DNA of 64,000 bases from Candidatus Omnitrophota bacterium. Lineage in GTDB: Bacteria; Omnitrophota; Gorgyraeia; Tantalellales; Tantalellaceae. This document shows positions 46,684-55,666 of the stretch, one piece after another. Both the position numbers and the translations under genes were made by a program. Each line of letters starts with the position of its first letter. Position 1 is the first letter of the stretch. Where the stretch lies: positions 4,100 through 68,099 of the forward strand of contig JBAROK010000032.1 of assembly GCA_049642065.1 (NCBI GenBank). The letters are read 5' to 3'. The notes under the pieces are model-generated. The model had not been told where the DNA came from and did not search any database. It worked only from the letters and a program-made list of their open reading frames with translations.

Positions 46684-47736
46684 ATGAGTAAATATTTTGC
46701 CGTACTGGATGTAGGGAGCAACGAGATATCGGCTGTTGCCGCCAGATGGATCAGAAACGGCGATTACGTGATCGAAGGGTTCTGCCGGGTGCCTTCAAAA
46801 GGGTTTCGCAGAGGGTTGGTCTCGGACCAGTCGCTAGCGACTGATTCTGTAGCCGGAGCTTTGAACAAACTGAAAGAGAAGACCGGCAGGAAGATCCGGG
46901 ACGTGTATGCGGGAGTGAGTTCCACTTCAGTAGGTTTGATCAAGTCTTCCGGAGCGGTACTCTTGTCCAAGTACGGCAGGGAGATAACTGAGAACGATGT
47001 TAAAAAATGCGTAAAAATAGCGGCAACCGTAAAGACTCCGCTTGATAAAGAGCCTTTGCACAGGATAGTACGGGGATTCTCAATCGACGGGGACGGAGAG
47101 ATAGCGAATCCATTAAATCTTGAAGGGGTAAAACTTGAAGCTGACGTTAATATCCTTATGATAAATTCTTCCGTACTGCGCAACATGTCAAAATGTATCT
47201 CGCAGGCCGGGTTTCTTTCTGAGGGGTTCGTTTTCTCGGGGCTTGCTTCCTCGTATAGGGTTCTGAATAATGATGACCGTGGGGTGAACGTAGCGGTTCT
47301 TGATATATCCAGGGATCTTACTGAGGCTATGGTTTTTTTTAAGGGAAGGATGATTGGTTGTAAAGTCTTATCAGCTGGTGCCGGATCACTTCTGACAGAG
47401 AGCGGCAATATCGATCCTGAAGGGCTTGAGGGGCTTTCTTCACGGGTATCGTCACTGAGAGGGTGGAGAGACGTTAGGAAGATGCTGGTGACCGGAGAGG
47501 GAGCGCTGGAGCACGAGATGATTGAATCCTTGGAGAAAATATTTACCTTTCCGGTAAAAGCAGGGACCTGTATCGCTAAACCATTCGAGGATCTTCCCCC
47601 AGATAGGGCAGGATATATTGGCAGCCTTGGCATACTGGACTACCTTCAGGAGGAAAAAAATGGACAGAAACTGGCAGGGAACCTTCTGAGCAAGATATAT
47701 TACAGGATTCTAAGCTTTATTGACAGATATTTTTAA
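46684..47736 (+). CDS. ftsA: Actin-like cell division ATPase FtsA (short, 350 aa).
   Basis: AVLDVGSNEISAV and GVSS phosphate-binding motifs, in the canonical dcw position. About 70 aa shorter than typical FtsA. Confidence 0.7.
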   Translation: MSKYFAVLDVGSNEISAVAARWIRNGDYVIEGFCRVPSKGFRRGLVSDQSLATDSVAGALNKLKEKTGRKIRDVYAGVSSTSVGLIKSSGAVLLSKYGREITENDVKKCVKIAATVKTPLDKEPLHRIVRGFSIDGDGEIANPLNLEGVKLEADVNILMINSSVLRNMSKCISQAGFLSEGFVFSGLASSYRVLNNDDRGVNVAVLDISRDLTEAMVFFKGRMIGCKVLSAGAGSLLTESGNIDPEGLEGLSSRVSSLRGWRDVRKMLVTGEGALEHEMIESLEKIFTFPVKAGTCIAKPFEDLPPDRAGYIGSLGILDYLQEEKNGQKLAGNLLSKIYYRILSFIDRYF

Positions 47737-47820
47737 AAGCCAGACATATTCCTCACCATAAAACCTTTAAATTAAATAACTTATAATATGTTAGAGATAC
47801 AACACTTAGCTAGCTTTAAC

Positions 47821-47849
47821 TTGTCTTAACTAAACTAAAATGTTATAAT
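47821..47849 (+). promoter_or_regulatory. Sigma70-like promoter TTGTCT-17-TATAAT with an extended TG, driving an ORF-less transcript.
   Basis: Hexamers at 47821-47826 and 47844-47849, with TG at 47842-47843. Confidence 0.5.
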
Positions 47850-47855
47850 GATACA

Positions 47856-47989
47856 GTCCTGAATGAAGGCAATTCTGCAGTTGTGTAGGGTGCAAAGTTC
47901 AGGCACTAATAAAGTAAAATTGAACAACAAAGCTTGGCACGGTTTAGATGGCCGGACTGTCCATAAGAGATGGGCAGTCCGGTTTTTTT
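47856..47989 (+). ncRNA. Candidate small non-coding RNA (~130 nt) bounded by a promoter and an intrinsic terminator. Identity unknown.
   Basis: There is no ORF with an RBS. Internal helix CCTGAA (47858-63) / TTCAGG (47898-903). It ends in a strong terminator. Confidence 0.3.
47951..47989 (+). terminator. Rho-independent terminator.
   Basis: Stem CCGGACTG / CAGTCCGG with a 15-nt loop, followed by a T7 run. Confidence 0.8.
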
Positions 47990-48133
47990 AAAGCTGTAGG
48001 CGCCATTTTCCTACCGATAGGTGTAAAAAAGGACTCTTCTTATCACCTAAACTATATTCATATACATTTATTGACATCATGCTTAAAGTGTGATAATTTT
48101 AACCATTAATATAATTGCCTGAAGAGGTATATC

Positions 48134-48931
48134 ATGAACAATTTTACTGTAGGGATAATAGGATGCGGCAATATGGGCGGAGCTATCGCCAAGGGTATGG
48201 TGGCTAGCAATGTCCTTAGCGCTGAGTCTATCTTCTTATATGACAAGGACATAGAAAAGGCTAAGGATCTTGCCGAAAAAACCGGTTGTGCTCTGGGAGA
48301 GCTGTCTCAGATGGTGCGAGGGTCTGAGGTGCTTATAATAGCGGTCAAGCCACAGGATTCTGACGGTCTTTTAAAGGAAATAGCCGCTGATATTACTGAT
48401 CAGACGATAGTATCGGTAATGGCAGGGGTCAGGATAAACTCGATTACCGGTAAACTGGGCAAAGAGGTTCCTGTAGTAAGGGCTATGCCTAACATGGCGG
48501 CGTTTGTTTCTGAAAGCATTACCTCTATAGCCTGTAACAGTCTTGTCAAGAGAACTGAAGAAGTGAAAAGTGTTTTCGCCGGAATAGGTGAAGTTGTCGA
48601 GGTGGAAGAAGGTCTTATGGATGCTGTTACAGCCGTTTCAGGTAGCGGTCCGGCGTATTTATTTCATTTGGCTGAAGCTATGGTGGAGGCGGCTATAGAG
48701 GTAGGGTTTGATACTGAAGTGGCTGAGAAGCTGGTGGTCCAGACGCTTTATGGTTCTTCGCTTCTTTTACGCGAATCAAAAGAAGCTCCGGCAGATCTGA
48801 TAAAGAAAGTATCCTCAAAAGGAGGGACTACTGAAGCTGCTTTAACCGTCTTGGAAAAAGAGCTGAAAGATATAATGAAGGCTGCTATAAAACGGGCCAA
48901 AGAACGGTCCGAGGAGTTATCGAAGGGGTAG
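48134..48931 (+). CDS. proC: Pyrroline-5-carboxylate reductase.
   Basis: IGIIGCGNMGGAI NADP Rossmann motif and the C-terminal GGTTEAAL motif. Confidence 0.9.
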   Translation: MNNFTVGIIGCGNMGGAIAKGMVASNVLSAESIFLYDKDIEKAKDLAEKTGCALGELSQMVRGSEVLIIAVKPQDSDGLLKEIAADITDQTIVSVMAGVRINSITGKLGKEVPVVRAMPNMAAFVSESITSIACNSLVKRTEEVKSVFAGIGEVVEVEEGLMDAVTAVSGSGPAYLFHLAEAMVEAAIEVGFDTEVAEKLVVQTLYGSSLLLRESKEAPADLIKKVSSKGGTTEAALTVLEKELKDIMKAAIKRAKERSEELSKG

Positions 48932-48933
48932 AG

Positions 48934-49230
48934 ATGTTCGTTGTTGCGGAAGTTGTAAGGAGTTTAGCACTACTGGTATCACTGCTATTTAACGTCCTGT
49001 ATTTTATACTCATCATCAGGATAATCATGTCGTGGATCAACCCTGATCCGTACAATGAGGTAGTCCGGATAATATACAGGGTGAGCGATCCGATACTGGT
49101 GCCGTTTCGCAGGTTGCCCCTGCAGATGGGCGGTATGGATTTTTCGCCTATACTGGCGTTTGTGGTACTGAGCGTTCTAAGGAATTTCATCGTCAATATT
49201 CTTTATCATATCGCTTACAGGATAGGGTGA
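48934..49230 (+). CDS. yggT: YggT-family membrane protein.
   Basis: MSWINPDPYN....DPIL.PFRR, the YGGT signature. Conserved position downstream of proC. Confidence 0.8.
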   Translation: MFVVAEVVRSLALLVSLLFNVLYFILIIRIIMSWINPDPYNEVVRIIYRVSDPILVPFRRLPLQMGGMDFSPILAFVVLSVLRNFIVNILYHIAYRIG

Positions 49231-49234
49231 GCTG

Positions 49235-49456
49235 TTGCGTTTAGAAATAAAGGTTTTTCCAAAGTCTTCGAGGGAAGAGCTGGTCGAAAAAGACGGTGTG
49301 TTGAAGGCGTATATAAAAGCTGCACCAGATAAGGGTAAGGCGAACAAGGCTCTAGTAGCGCTTATTGCGAAAAAATACAAAGTGAAAAAGAATGAGGTGA
49401 CAATAGTCACGGGTCAGACCAGCCGTAACAAGGTCGTGGAGGTGTCGGGCATATGA
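49235..49456 (+). CDS. DUF167 (YggU / UPF0235) family protein.
   Basis: L.IKV.P.S.....V..DG.LKA.I.A.P..GKAN.AL...IAK pattern in a 73-aa protein. Confidence 0.75.
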   Translation: MRLEIKVFPKSSREELVEKDGVLKAYIKAAPDKGKANKALVALIAKKYKVKKNEVTIVTGQTSRNKVVEVSGI

Positions 49457-50316
49457 GTAGGATTGGGATTATTGGTGGCAGCTCGCTATATAAAATAGAA
49501 GGCCTTAATGTAAAGGAGAGAAGGGATGTATCAACGCCTTTCGGGGAGCCTTCGGATGAGTTTGTTATAGGTGAACTGGCGGGTAAAGAGGTTGTTTTTC
49601 TTCCTAGGCACCAGAGAACCCATAGCTTGCTTCCTACGGAGATAAATTACAGGGCTAATATCTTCGCAATGAAACTACTCGGTGTTGACAGGATAATCTC
49701 TGTTTCTGCTGTTGGCAGCCTGAAAGAAGAAGTGAAGCCTTTGGACATTCTTCTTGTCGACCAGTTCATCGACAGGACGAACCAGGGCAGGTCAACGACC
49801 TTTTTCGGAGACGGTATAGTGGCTCATGTAGCGTTCGCGGAGCCTGTGTGTATTGAGCTTAAGGATCTTATATACAAGACCAATAAAGCGCTTGATATCA
49901 AAATACACGACGGAGGCACTTACATTAACATGGAAGGTCCGACTTTTTCGACCAAGGCCGAATCGTATCTTTATAAAAGCTGGGGAGCGGATGTCATCGG
50001 TATGACGAATATACAGGAAGCTCGCTTGGCTAGGGAAGCCGGTATATGTTATTCCACTATAGCTATGATAACGGACTATGACTGCTGGTATCTTAGTCCC
50101 GAGGTTGAGACGGTATCAGTAGACGTGATTATGGAAAACCTCAATAAGAACGCCGAGAACGCGAAGAAAATACTGGTGGATACCATCAAGAACATGCCGG
50201 AGGAGAGAACCTGCGATTGCGGTGAAGCTCTTCGTCATGCGATAGTTACCAGTAAAGACGCAGTTTCGAAGGAGACTCTGGAGAAACTCAAACCGATACT
50301 TGACGGGTTTATATAA
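49453..50316 (+). CDS. mtnP: S-methyl-5'-thioadenosine phosphorylase.
   Basis: IGIIGGSSLY N-terminus, PNP/MTAP fold and the VIGMT motif. Confidence 0.85.
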   Translation: MSRIGIIGGSSLYKIEGLNVKERRDVSTPFGEPSDEFVIGELAGKEVVFLPRHQRTHSLLPTEINYRANIFAMKLLGVDRIISVSAVGSLKEEVKPLDILLVDQFIDRTNQGRSTTFFGDGIVAHVAFAEPVCIELKDLIYKTNKALDIKIHDGGTYINMEGPTFSTKAESYLYKSWGADVIGMTNIQEARLAREAGICYSTIAMITDYDCWYLSPEVETVSVDVIMENLNKNAENAKKILVDTIKNMPEERTCDCGEALRHAIVTSKDAVSKETLEKLKPILDGFI

Positions 50317-50319
50317 CAA

Positions 50320-53133
50320 ATGAGCAAAGAAAAGACCAAGAATTACAAAGAGACGTTAAACCTTCCGAAAACATCCTTTCCGATGAAGGCTAGCCTTCCG
50401 CAGAGAGAGCCTGAGACCCTGAAAAAGTGGAAAGAAGCCGATATATATAAAAAGGTTCTAGACAGCCGTAAGGATGCGGGGAAGACGTTCATTTTGCATG
50501 ACGGGCCTCCGTACGCGAACGGCCACATACACATGGGGCACGTTCTTAACAAGATGCTGAAAGATATATGCGTGAAGTATTTCACCATGAAGGGATATGA
50601 GTCCCCATATATTCCCGGATGGGATTGCCACGGTCTTCCGGTAGAGCATCAGCTTTTCAAGGAGCTTAACATATCGAAACACGATATCGACCAGGTCAAG
50701 TTCCGCAAGAAAGCGTATAAGTACGCCATGAAGTTCGTAGGGATACAGGCTAAAGAGTTTGAGAGACTGGGCGTTTTCGGTGACTGGGAGAATCCGTATC
50801 TTACACTGACAAAAGATTACGAGGCAGATATACTTTCCGCGCTTGCTGAGCTTTACGAAAAAGGTTACATATACAAGGACCTGAAACCGGTTAACTGGTG
50901 TAAAGAATGCGAAACTGCTTTAGCAGAAGCCGAAGTCGAGTATGAGGATAAGACGTCGCCTTCGGTATACGTAAAATTCAAGGCAGAGAAAGAATCAGAC
51001 GGCAAGTCTGTTTACTTCGTCATTTGGACGACTACACCATGGACGCTTTTAGCGAACGTAGCTGTTGCTCTTCATCCGGAATTTGTCTATGCGTTTGTGA
51101 AGGTAGGGGACGAAGTCTGGATAATAGATGAAGATAGAGTAACGGTTCTTATGGGAAATGCCGGTATCCAGGGATATGAGATTATTGGTAAAAAGAAGGG
51201 TAAAGAGGTCATACGGGAGTTCAAGTCGCTCAAGCACCCCTTCATCGACAGGGAATCGCTTTTAGTCCCTGCTGAGTACGTGACAAAAGAAGACGGTACA
51301 GGATGCGTGCATACCGCGCCCGGACACGGACAAGATGACTACGTAACGGGTAAAAAACACGGACTTCCAGTGGTGATGCCCGTGGATGACCAGGGTAAGT
51401 TCAAGAAAGAAGCGGGAGAGTTCGCCGGCGAGGACGTTATAAAAGCCAATAAAGGTATCATAGAAAAGATGCGTTCGAATGGAACTCTTATATATTCGGA
51501 AGAAGTCGTTCATTCATATCCGCATTGCTGGCGCTGCAAAAAACCTATTATATTCCGCGCTACTGAACAGTGGTTCATGAATATAGACCATAAAGACCTG
51601 CGCGGCAGAATGGCTAATGCCATAGAGAACGATGTTGAATGGATCCCCCCCTCAGGTGAAGAGCGTATAGGATCTATGGTAAAGATGAGGCCTGACTGGT
51701 GTCTTTCGCGTCAGAGGTACTGGGGTGTGCCGATACCGGCGTTCAAGTGCGCTTCCTGCGGCGAATCTTTTACAAGTGCCGAAGTGATCCAGAAAGTTTC
51801 TGATCTTACCAGGGAAGGGGGAGCGGATGTCTGGTTCGAAAAGAGTATAGAAGAGCTAATCCCCGTAGATGTTAGCTGCAAGTGTGGCAGCAAGGAATTT
51901 AAGAAAGAAGACAATATACTTGACGTGTGGTTCGATTCGGGTGTGAGCCATAAAGCCGTAATAGACGCGCGTGATGAACTTTCGTATCCGTGCGATCTCT
52001 ATCTTGAAGGGTCCGACCAGCACAGGGGATGGTTTCAGGCCGCACTTATCACCGCGATGGCCACGAAAGAACAGCCGCCGTACAGGAAAGTGCTCACTCA
52101 CGGGTTTGTCGTGGACGGAGAAGGCAAGAAAATGTCAAAGTCTGTCGGCAACGTTATAAGTCCCGAGGATGTTATGAAAAAATATGGTGCAGATATCCTC
52201 AGGTTATGGGTCGCTTCAAGCGATTATGTGGGCGATATAAAACTTTCGCCAGAAATATTAGAACGCTTGGCTGATGGGTACAGAAAGATACGCAATACTT
52301 TCAGGTTTCTTTTAAGTAACCTTTATGACTTCGATCCAGTCAAGGACGTGGCATCAATAGAAGAGATGGCCGAGACCGACAGATGGATGCTTTCAGCTCT
52401 CCACAGGCTGGTAAAAGACACTACTTCTTACTACGATAAATGGGAGTTTTACAAGGTATACAGGTCGGTTTATAATTTCTGCGTATATGAGGTAAGCGCT
52501 TTTTATCTTGACGTAATGAAAGACCTGTTGTATATACTTTCACCAGACGATTCTGCGAGAAGGTCGACACAAACTGTCATGTTCAGGATACTGCATACTC
52601 TGGTACGCGTACTTGCTCCAATACTTTCATTTACCGCAGAAGAAGTATGGGACCATATGGCTCTTGTAGGTAAAGAAGATAGTGTCCATACAGCCTACTG
52701 GCCGGATATTAAAAAAGAGATGCACGGGTGGGAGGACAAAGAGCTGGATGCGAAGTGGAAAGACATGCTTCAGATAAGGGACGGCATTATGAAGTCCCTG
52801 GAGTTAAAACGTGAAGAAGCGCTTATAGGAAGTTCTTTAGAAGCAAAGGTAACACTTTATTCGGATGATACCGGTGTTCTGGATTTTCTCTACGAGAACG
52901 CAAAACTCTTTCCGGGGCTTTTAAAAGTATCTCAGGTTAAGGTATCCGATAAGGCCGAAGAGGGGATGGAAGATGTTTCAGGTACTTCCCTAAAAGCGAA
53001 GATAGAACGTGCATCAGGAGAGAAATGCCAAAGATGTTGGAATTTTAGTGAAACAGTTGGGCAAAATAAAGATAACCCGGATCTGTGTGGACGGTGTTAT
53101 AATGTAATTTCGGAAAGGAGCAAGAATGGATAA
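50320..53133 (+). CDS. ileS: Isoleucyl-tRNA synthetase.
   Basis: HMGH (HIGH) and KMSKS motifs, CP1 editing domain, and C-terminal zinc knuckles C.RCW...CGRC. Confidence 0.95.
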   Translation: MSKEKTKNYKETLNLPKTSFPMKASLPQREPETLKKWKEADIYKKVLDSRKDAGKTFILHDGPPYANGHIHMGHVLNKMLKDICVKYFTMKGYESPYIPGWDCHGLPVEHQLFKELNISKHDIDQVKFRKKAYKYAMKFVGIQAKEFERLGVFGDWENPYLTLTKDYEADILSALAELYEKGYIYKDLKPVNWCKECETALAEAEVEYEDKTSPSVYVKFKAEKESDGKSVYFVIWTTTPWTLLANVAVALHPEFVYAFVKVGDEVWIIDEDRVTVLMGNAGIQGYEIIGKKKGKEVIREFKSLKHPFIDRESLLVPAEYVTKEDGTGCVHTAPGHGQDDYVTGKKHGLPVVMPVDDQGKFKKEAGEFAGEDVIKANKGIIEKMRSNGTLIYSEEVVHSYPHCWRCKKPIIFRATEQWFMNIDHKDLRGRMANAIENDVEWIPPSGEERIGSMVKMRPDWCLSRQRYWGVPIPAFKCASCGESFTSAEVIQKVSDLTREGGADVWFEKSIEELIPVDVSCKCGSKEFKKEDNILDVWFDSGVSHKAVIDARDELSYPCDLYLEGSDQHRGWFQAALITAMATKEQPPYRKVLTHGFVVDGEGKKMSKSVGNVISPEDVMKKYGADILRLWVASSDYVGDIKLSPEILERLADGYRKIRNTFRFLLSNLYDFDPVKDVASIEEMAETDRWMLSALHRLVKDTTSYYDKWEFYKVYRSVYNFCVYEVSAFYLDVMKDLLYILSPDDSARRSTQTVMFRILHTLVRVLAPILSFTAEEVWDHMALVGKEDSVHTAYWPDIKKEMHGWEDKELDAKWKDMLQIRDGIMKSLELKREEALIGSSLEAKVTLYSDDTGVLDFLYENAKLFPGLLKVSQVKVSDKAEEGMEDVSGTSLKAKIERASGEKCQRCWNFSETVGQNKDNPDLCGRCYNVISERSKNG

Positions 53134-53536
53134 TAAGAAAAATACAGGCAAGAAAAAGCCTTATACAAAAAAGGACCTGGAGGCTATAAGAAAACTGCTG
53201 GTCAAAGAGAAGGCCAAGATACTTGAGGAGATAATCAGCCTGCAGGGAGATTCCGTAAAAAAATCCCTTAAAGACGCCTCAGGGGATCTTTCCGGGTATT
53301 CTTTCCACATGGCCGACATGGCGACCGACCTGTATGATAGAGAATTTTCACTTGAGCTGGCCGAAACAGAACGCGAAAGATTGTTTGAGCTGGATGATGC
53401 GATAAAACGCATAGACGAGGGCATGTACGGTAAATGTAGCGCCTGTGGTTGCCAGATCACAAAACAACGCCTAAAATTCGTGCCAATGGCGGAATTTTGC
53501 ATAAAATGCCAGGAAGAGAAAGAAAAAGCCGCATAG
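53126..53536 (+). CDS. DksA/TraR-family C4 zinc-finger protein.
   Basis: C-terminal CSACGCQI...CIKCQ C4 finger and an N-terminal coiled-coil. Confidence 0.7.
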   Translation: MDNKKNTGKKKPYTKKDLEAIRKLLVKEKAKILEEIISLQGDSVKKSLKDASGDLSGYSFHMADMATDLYDREFSLELAETERERLFELDDAIKRIDEGMYGKCSACGCQITKQRLKFVPMAEFCIKCQEEKEKAA

Positions 53537-53991
53537 AAATAACGCTGATCTACGTTGCCGTTTTTCTTGTGTTTCTGTTGGACCAGGCGTCAAAGTATTT
53601 TGTTATGGCGCTCATCGAGCAGGGGCAAAGTGTTCCGGTCATAAAGAACTTGTTACATATCACACTGGTCTACAATACCGGAGCTGCTTTTGGTATGCTG
53701 AAAGCCCAGCCTCGGTTGTTCGTCATAATAGCTATCCTAGCAATAATACTTATCAATTACATTCTTCTTCGAAGGTCTTTCAATCTGAATATAATGGAAA
53801 AAGTGGCTTTGTGTTTTATCTTGGCCGGTACGCTGGGTAACCTAGCTGATCGATTGCGTTTGGGGTATGTCGTGGATTTCATAGACTTGAGGATCTGGCC
53901 GGTATTCAACCTGGCCGATAGTTTTATTGCCATAGGCGCCGTGATACTTGCATGGTCACTGTTTCTAGGAGCGAGAAGAAAAAATGCATAG
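53506..53991 (+). CDS. lspA: Lipoprotein signal peptidase II.
   Basis: NTGAAFG and VVDFID..IWPVFNLAD motifs. The ATG at 53506 is preferred. The track ATG at 53449 would overlap the upstream gene by 88 nt. Confidence 0.85.
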   Translation: MPGRERKSRIEITLIYVAVFLVFLLDQASKYFVMALIEQGQSVPVIKNLLHITLVYNTGAAFGMLKAQPRLFVIIAILAIILINYILLRRSFNLNIMEKVALCFILAGTLGNLADRLRLGYVVDFIDLRIWPVFNLADSFIAIGAVILAWSLFLGARRKNA

Positions 53992-54742
53992 AATCTTATT
54001 TGACATAGGGCCTTTTACGGTATATTCCTATGGGCTAATGGTGGCTTTAGGGTTTTTGCTGTCAACTTTCCTTATACTCAGAGATTCAAAAAAGTTTGGT
54101 TTTTCAAAAGATGATGTGTTTGATTGTCTTATTGCCATACTTATTGGCGGGATCATTGGAGGTAGGATACTATTCGCAGTGATAAACAGTGAATATTTTA
54201 TACAACATCCTCTTAAGGTGTTTATGCTTAACGAAGGAGGGCTGGCTATACAGGGTGCGATCGTAGCGGCTGTTCTGGCGGGTATTTTAATAGCAAGGAT
54301 AAAGAAACTGCCTTTTTGGAAATGCAGTGATCTTATCGTGCCGTATATTGCTCTCGGGCAAGCGATCGGGCGTATCGGGTGTTTTCTGAACGGCTGTTGT
54401 TACGGTCGGGAGGCAGGAAGTGCTCTGGCGGTAACGTTCCCCGGAGATACAGTTGCAAGGATACCGGTCCAGATATATTCCAGTATTTCTCTTATTCTTA
54501 TATTTATGGTTCTATTGTCTTTGAGGGATAAGCGGCCGTTTGATGGGTATCTTTTTGTTATGTACCTTGTCCTGTACTCGTTCTTCAGGTTCTTTATGGA
54601 TTTCTTCCGGGGAGACGACTTGGCTTCCTGGGGAGGTATGACACTTTCACAGCTGATAAGTATTGGCATGTTCTCATGCGGTACTATTATCTTTTTCGTT
54701 CTCTGGATTGGCAGTAAAAAGAAGAAACAAGAAACTGCATAA
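53984..54742 (+). CDS. lgt: Prolipoprotein diacylglyceryl transferase.
   Basis: The Lgt signature G.RI.FGC..NGCCYG is present (GRIGCFLNGCCYGRE). Multi-TM. Confidence 0.9.
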   Translation: MHRILFDIGPFTVYSYGLMVALGFLLSTFLILRDSKKFGFSKDDVFDCLIAILIGGIIGGRILFAVINSEYFIQHPLKVFMLNEGGLAIQGAIVAAVLAGILIARIKKLPFWKCSDLIVPYIALGQAIGRIGCFLNGCCYGREAGSALAVTFPGDTVARIPVQIYSSISLILIFMVLLSLRDKRPFDGYLFVMYLVLYSFFRFFMDFFRGDDLASWGGMTLSQLISIGMFSCGTIIFFVLWIGSKKKKQETA

Positions 54743-54750
54743 AACTATTT

Positions 54751-55665
54751 ATGGAAGAAGTAAAATTCACAATCGGCCCGGAAAACTCGGGCGGACGGAT
54801 CGATAAATGTATAGCGGATAAGCTGGGAGAGGCTTATTCCCGCAGCTATGTAAAGTTCCTGATGGATAACGGTTTTGTGCTGGTTAACGGCCAGAACATG
54901 AAACCGAAATATATCGCTAAACCGGGAGATGAAGTATCCCTGAAACTTGCGTCTCTGCCGAAAGACGATGTCATGGAAGCGGAAGAGATACCGCTTGAGA
55001 TCGTTTTTGAGGACGAAGACCTGGTGGTTGTGAATAAGCCGGCGGGAATGGTTGTCCATCCTGCGGCAGGGAACTGGAGTGGGACACTTGTAAACGCGCT
55101 TCTATTTCATTGCGGGAGCCTTGCGGAGACAGAAGATACCCGGAGGCCAGGAATAGTACACAGGCTGGATAAGGATACATCGGGGCTTATTGTAGTAGCT
55201 AAGAACGATCGGGCTATGAGGTCTTTAGCAAAACAGTTCCAGCAAAGGACCGTCAAGAAAAAGTACATAGCACTTGTCAAAGGACGCGTAGAAATGGATA
55301 ATGGTCTGGTAGACGTGCCGATAGGCAGGCATCCGGTTCACAGGATTAAAATGGATGCAGGAGCAGAAAACGCTAAAGAAGCCAGGACGGTCTATCACGT
55401 TATTAAGAGGTACAAGGATTTCACTAAGCTGGAAGTGAGGCCTGAAACCGGCAGGATGCATCAGATAAGGGTCCACATGAAACATATAGGTTATCCTATC
55501 TTGGGTGATACTTTATATGGGAGCGACCGCAGATTTCCGCGTCAGGCGCTTCATGCGGAGATGATAGAGTTCACTCATCCCGGGACGGGTAAACATGTGG
55601 AGTTTCATGTTCCGATACCGGATGATATGCGGGAATTCATCGAAAAAGGGGAAAGTGAGAGTTAA
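54751..55665 (+). CDS. rluD: RluA-family 23S rRNA pseudouridine synthase (RluD-like) with an S4 domain.
   Basis: HRLDKDTSGLIVVAKN catalytic-Asp motif and an N-terminal S4-like region. Confidence 0.85.
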   Translation: MEEVKFTIGPENSGGRIDKCIADKLGEAYSRSYVKFLMDNGFVLVNGQNMKPKYIAKPGDEVSLKLASLPKDDVMEAEEIPLEIVFEDEDLVVVNKPAGMVVHPAAGNWSGTLVNALLFHCGSLAETEDTRRPGIVHRLDKDTSGLIVVAKNDRAMRSLAKQFQQRTVKKKYIALVKGRVEMDNGLVDVPIGRHPVHRIKMDAGAENAKEARTVYHVIKRYKDFTKLEVRPETGRMHQIRVHMKHIGYPILGDTLYGSDRRFPRQALHAEMIEFTHPGTGKHVEFHVPIPDDMREFIEKGESES

Positions 55666-55666
55666 G

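Noticed and set aside
46764-47633. 289-aa - strand ORF.
   Set aside because: Antisense to ftsA. Composition (S/P/T-rich) is typical of a spurious antisense frame.
47856-47989. Specific identification of the ORF-less transcript as SRP (4.5S) RNA.
   Set aside because: The resemblance to the conserved domain IV sequence is partial and the expected GNRA tetraloop helix cannot be verified by eye. Left as an unassigned candidate sRNA pending a covariance-model scan.
47737-48133. ftsZ pseudogene remnant in the ftsA-proC spacer.
   Set aside because: No frame shows tubulin-signature residues (GGGTGSG) or any extended ORF. The region is AT-rich with promoter and terminator features instead.
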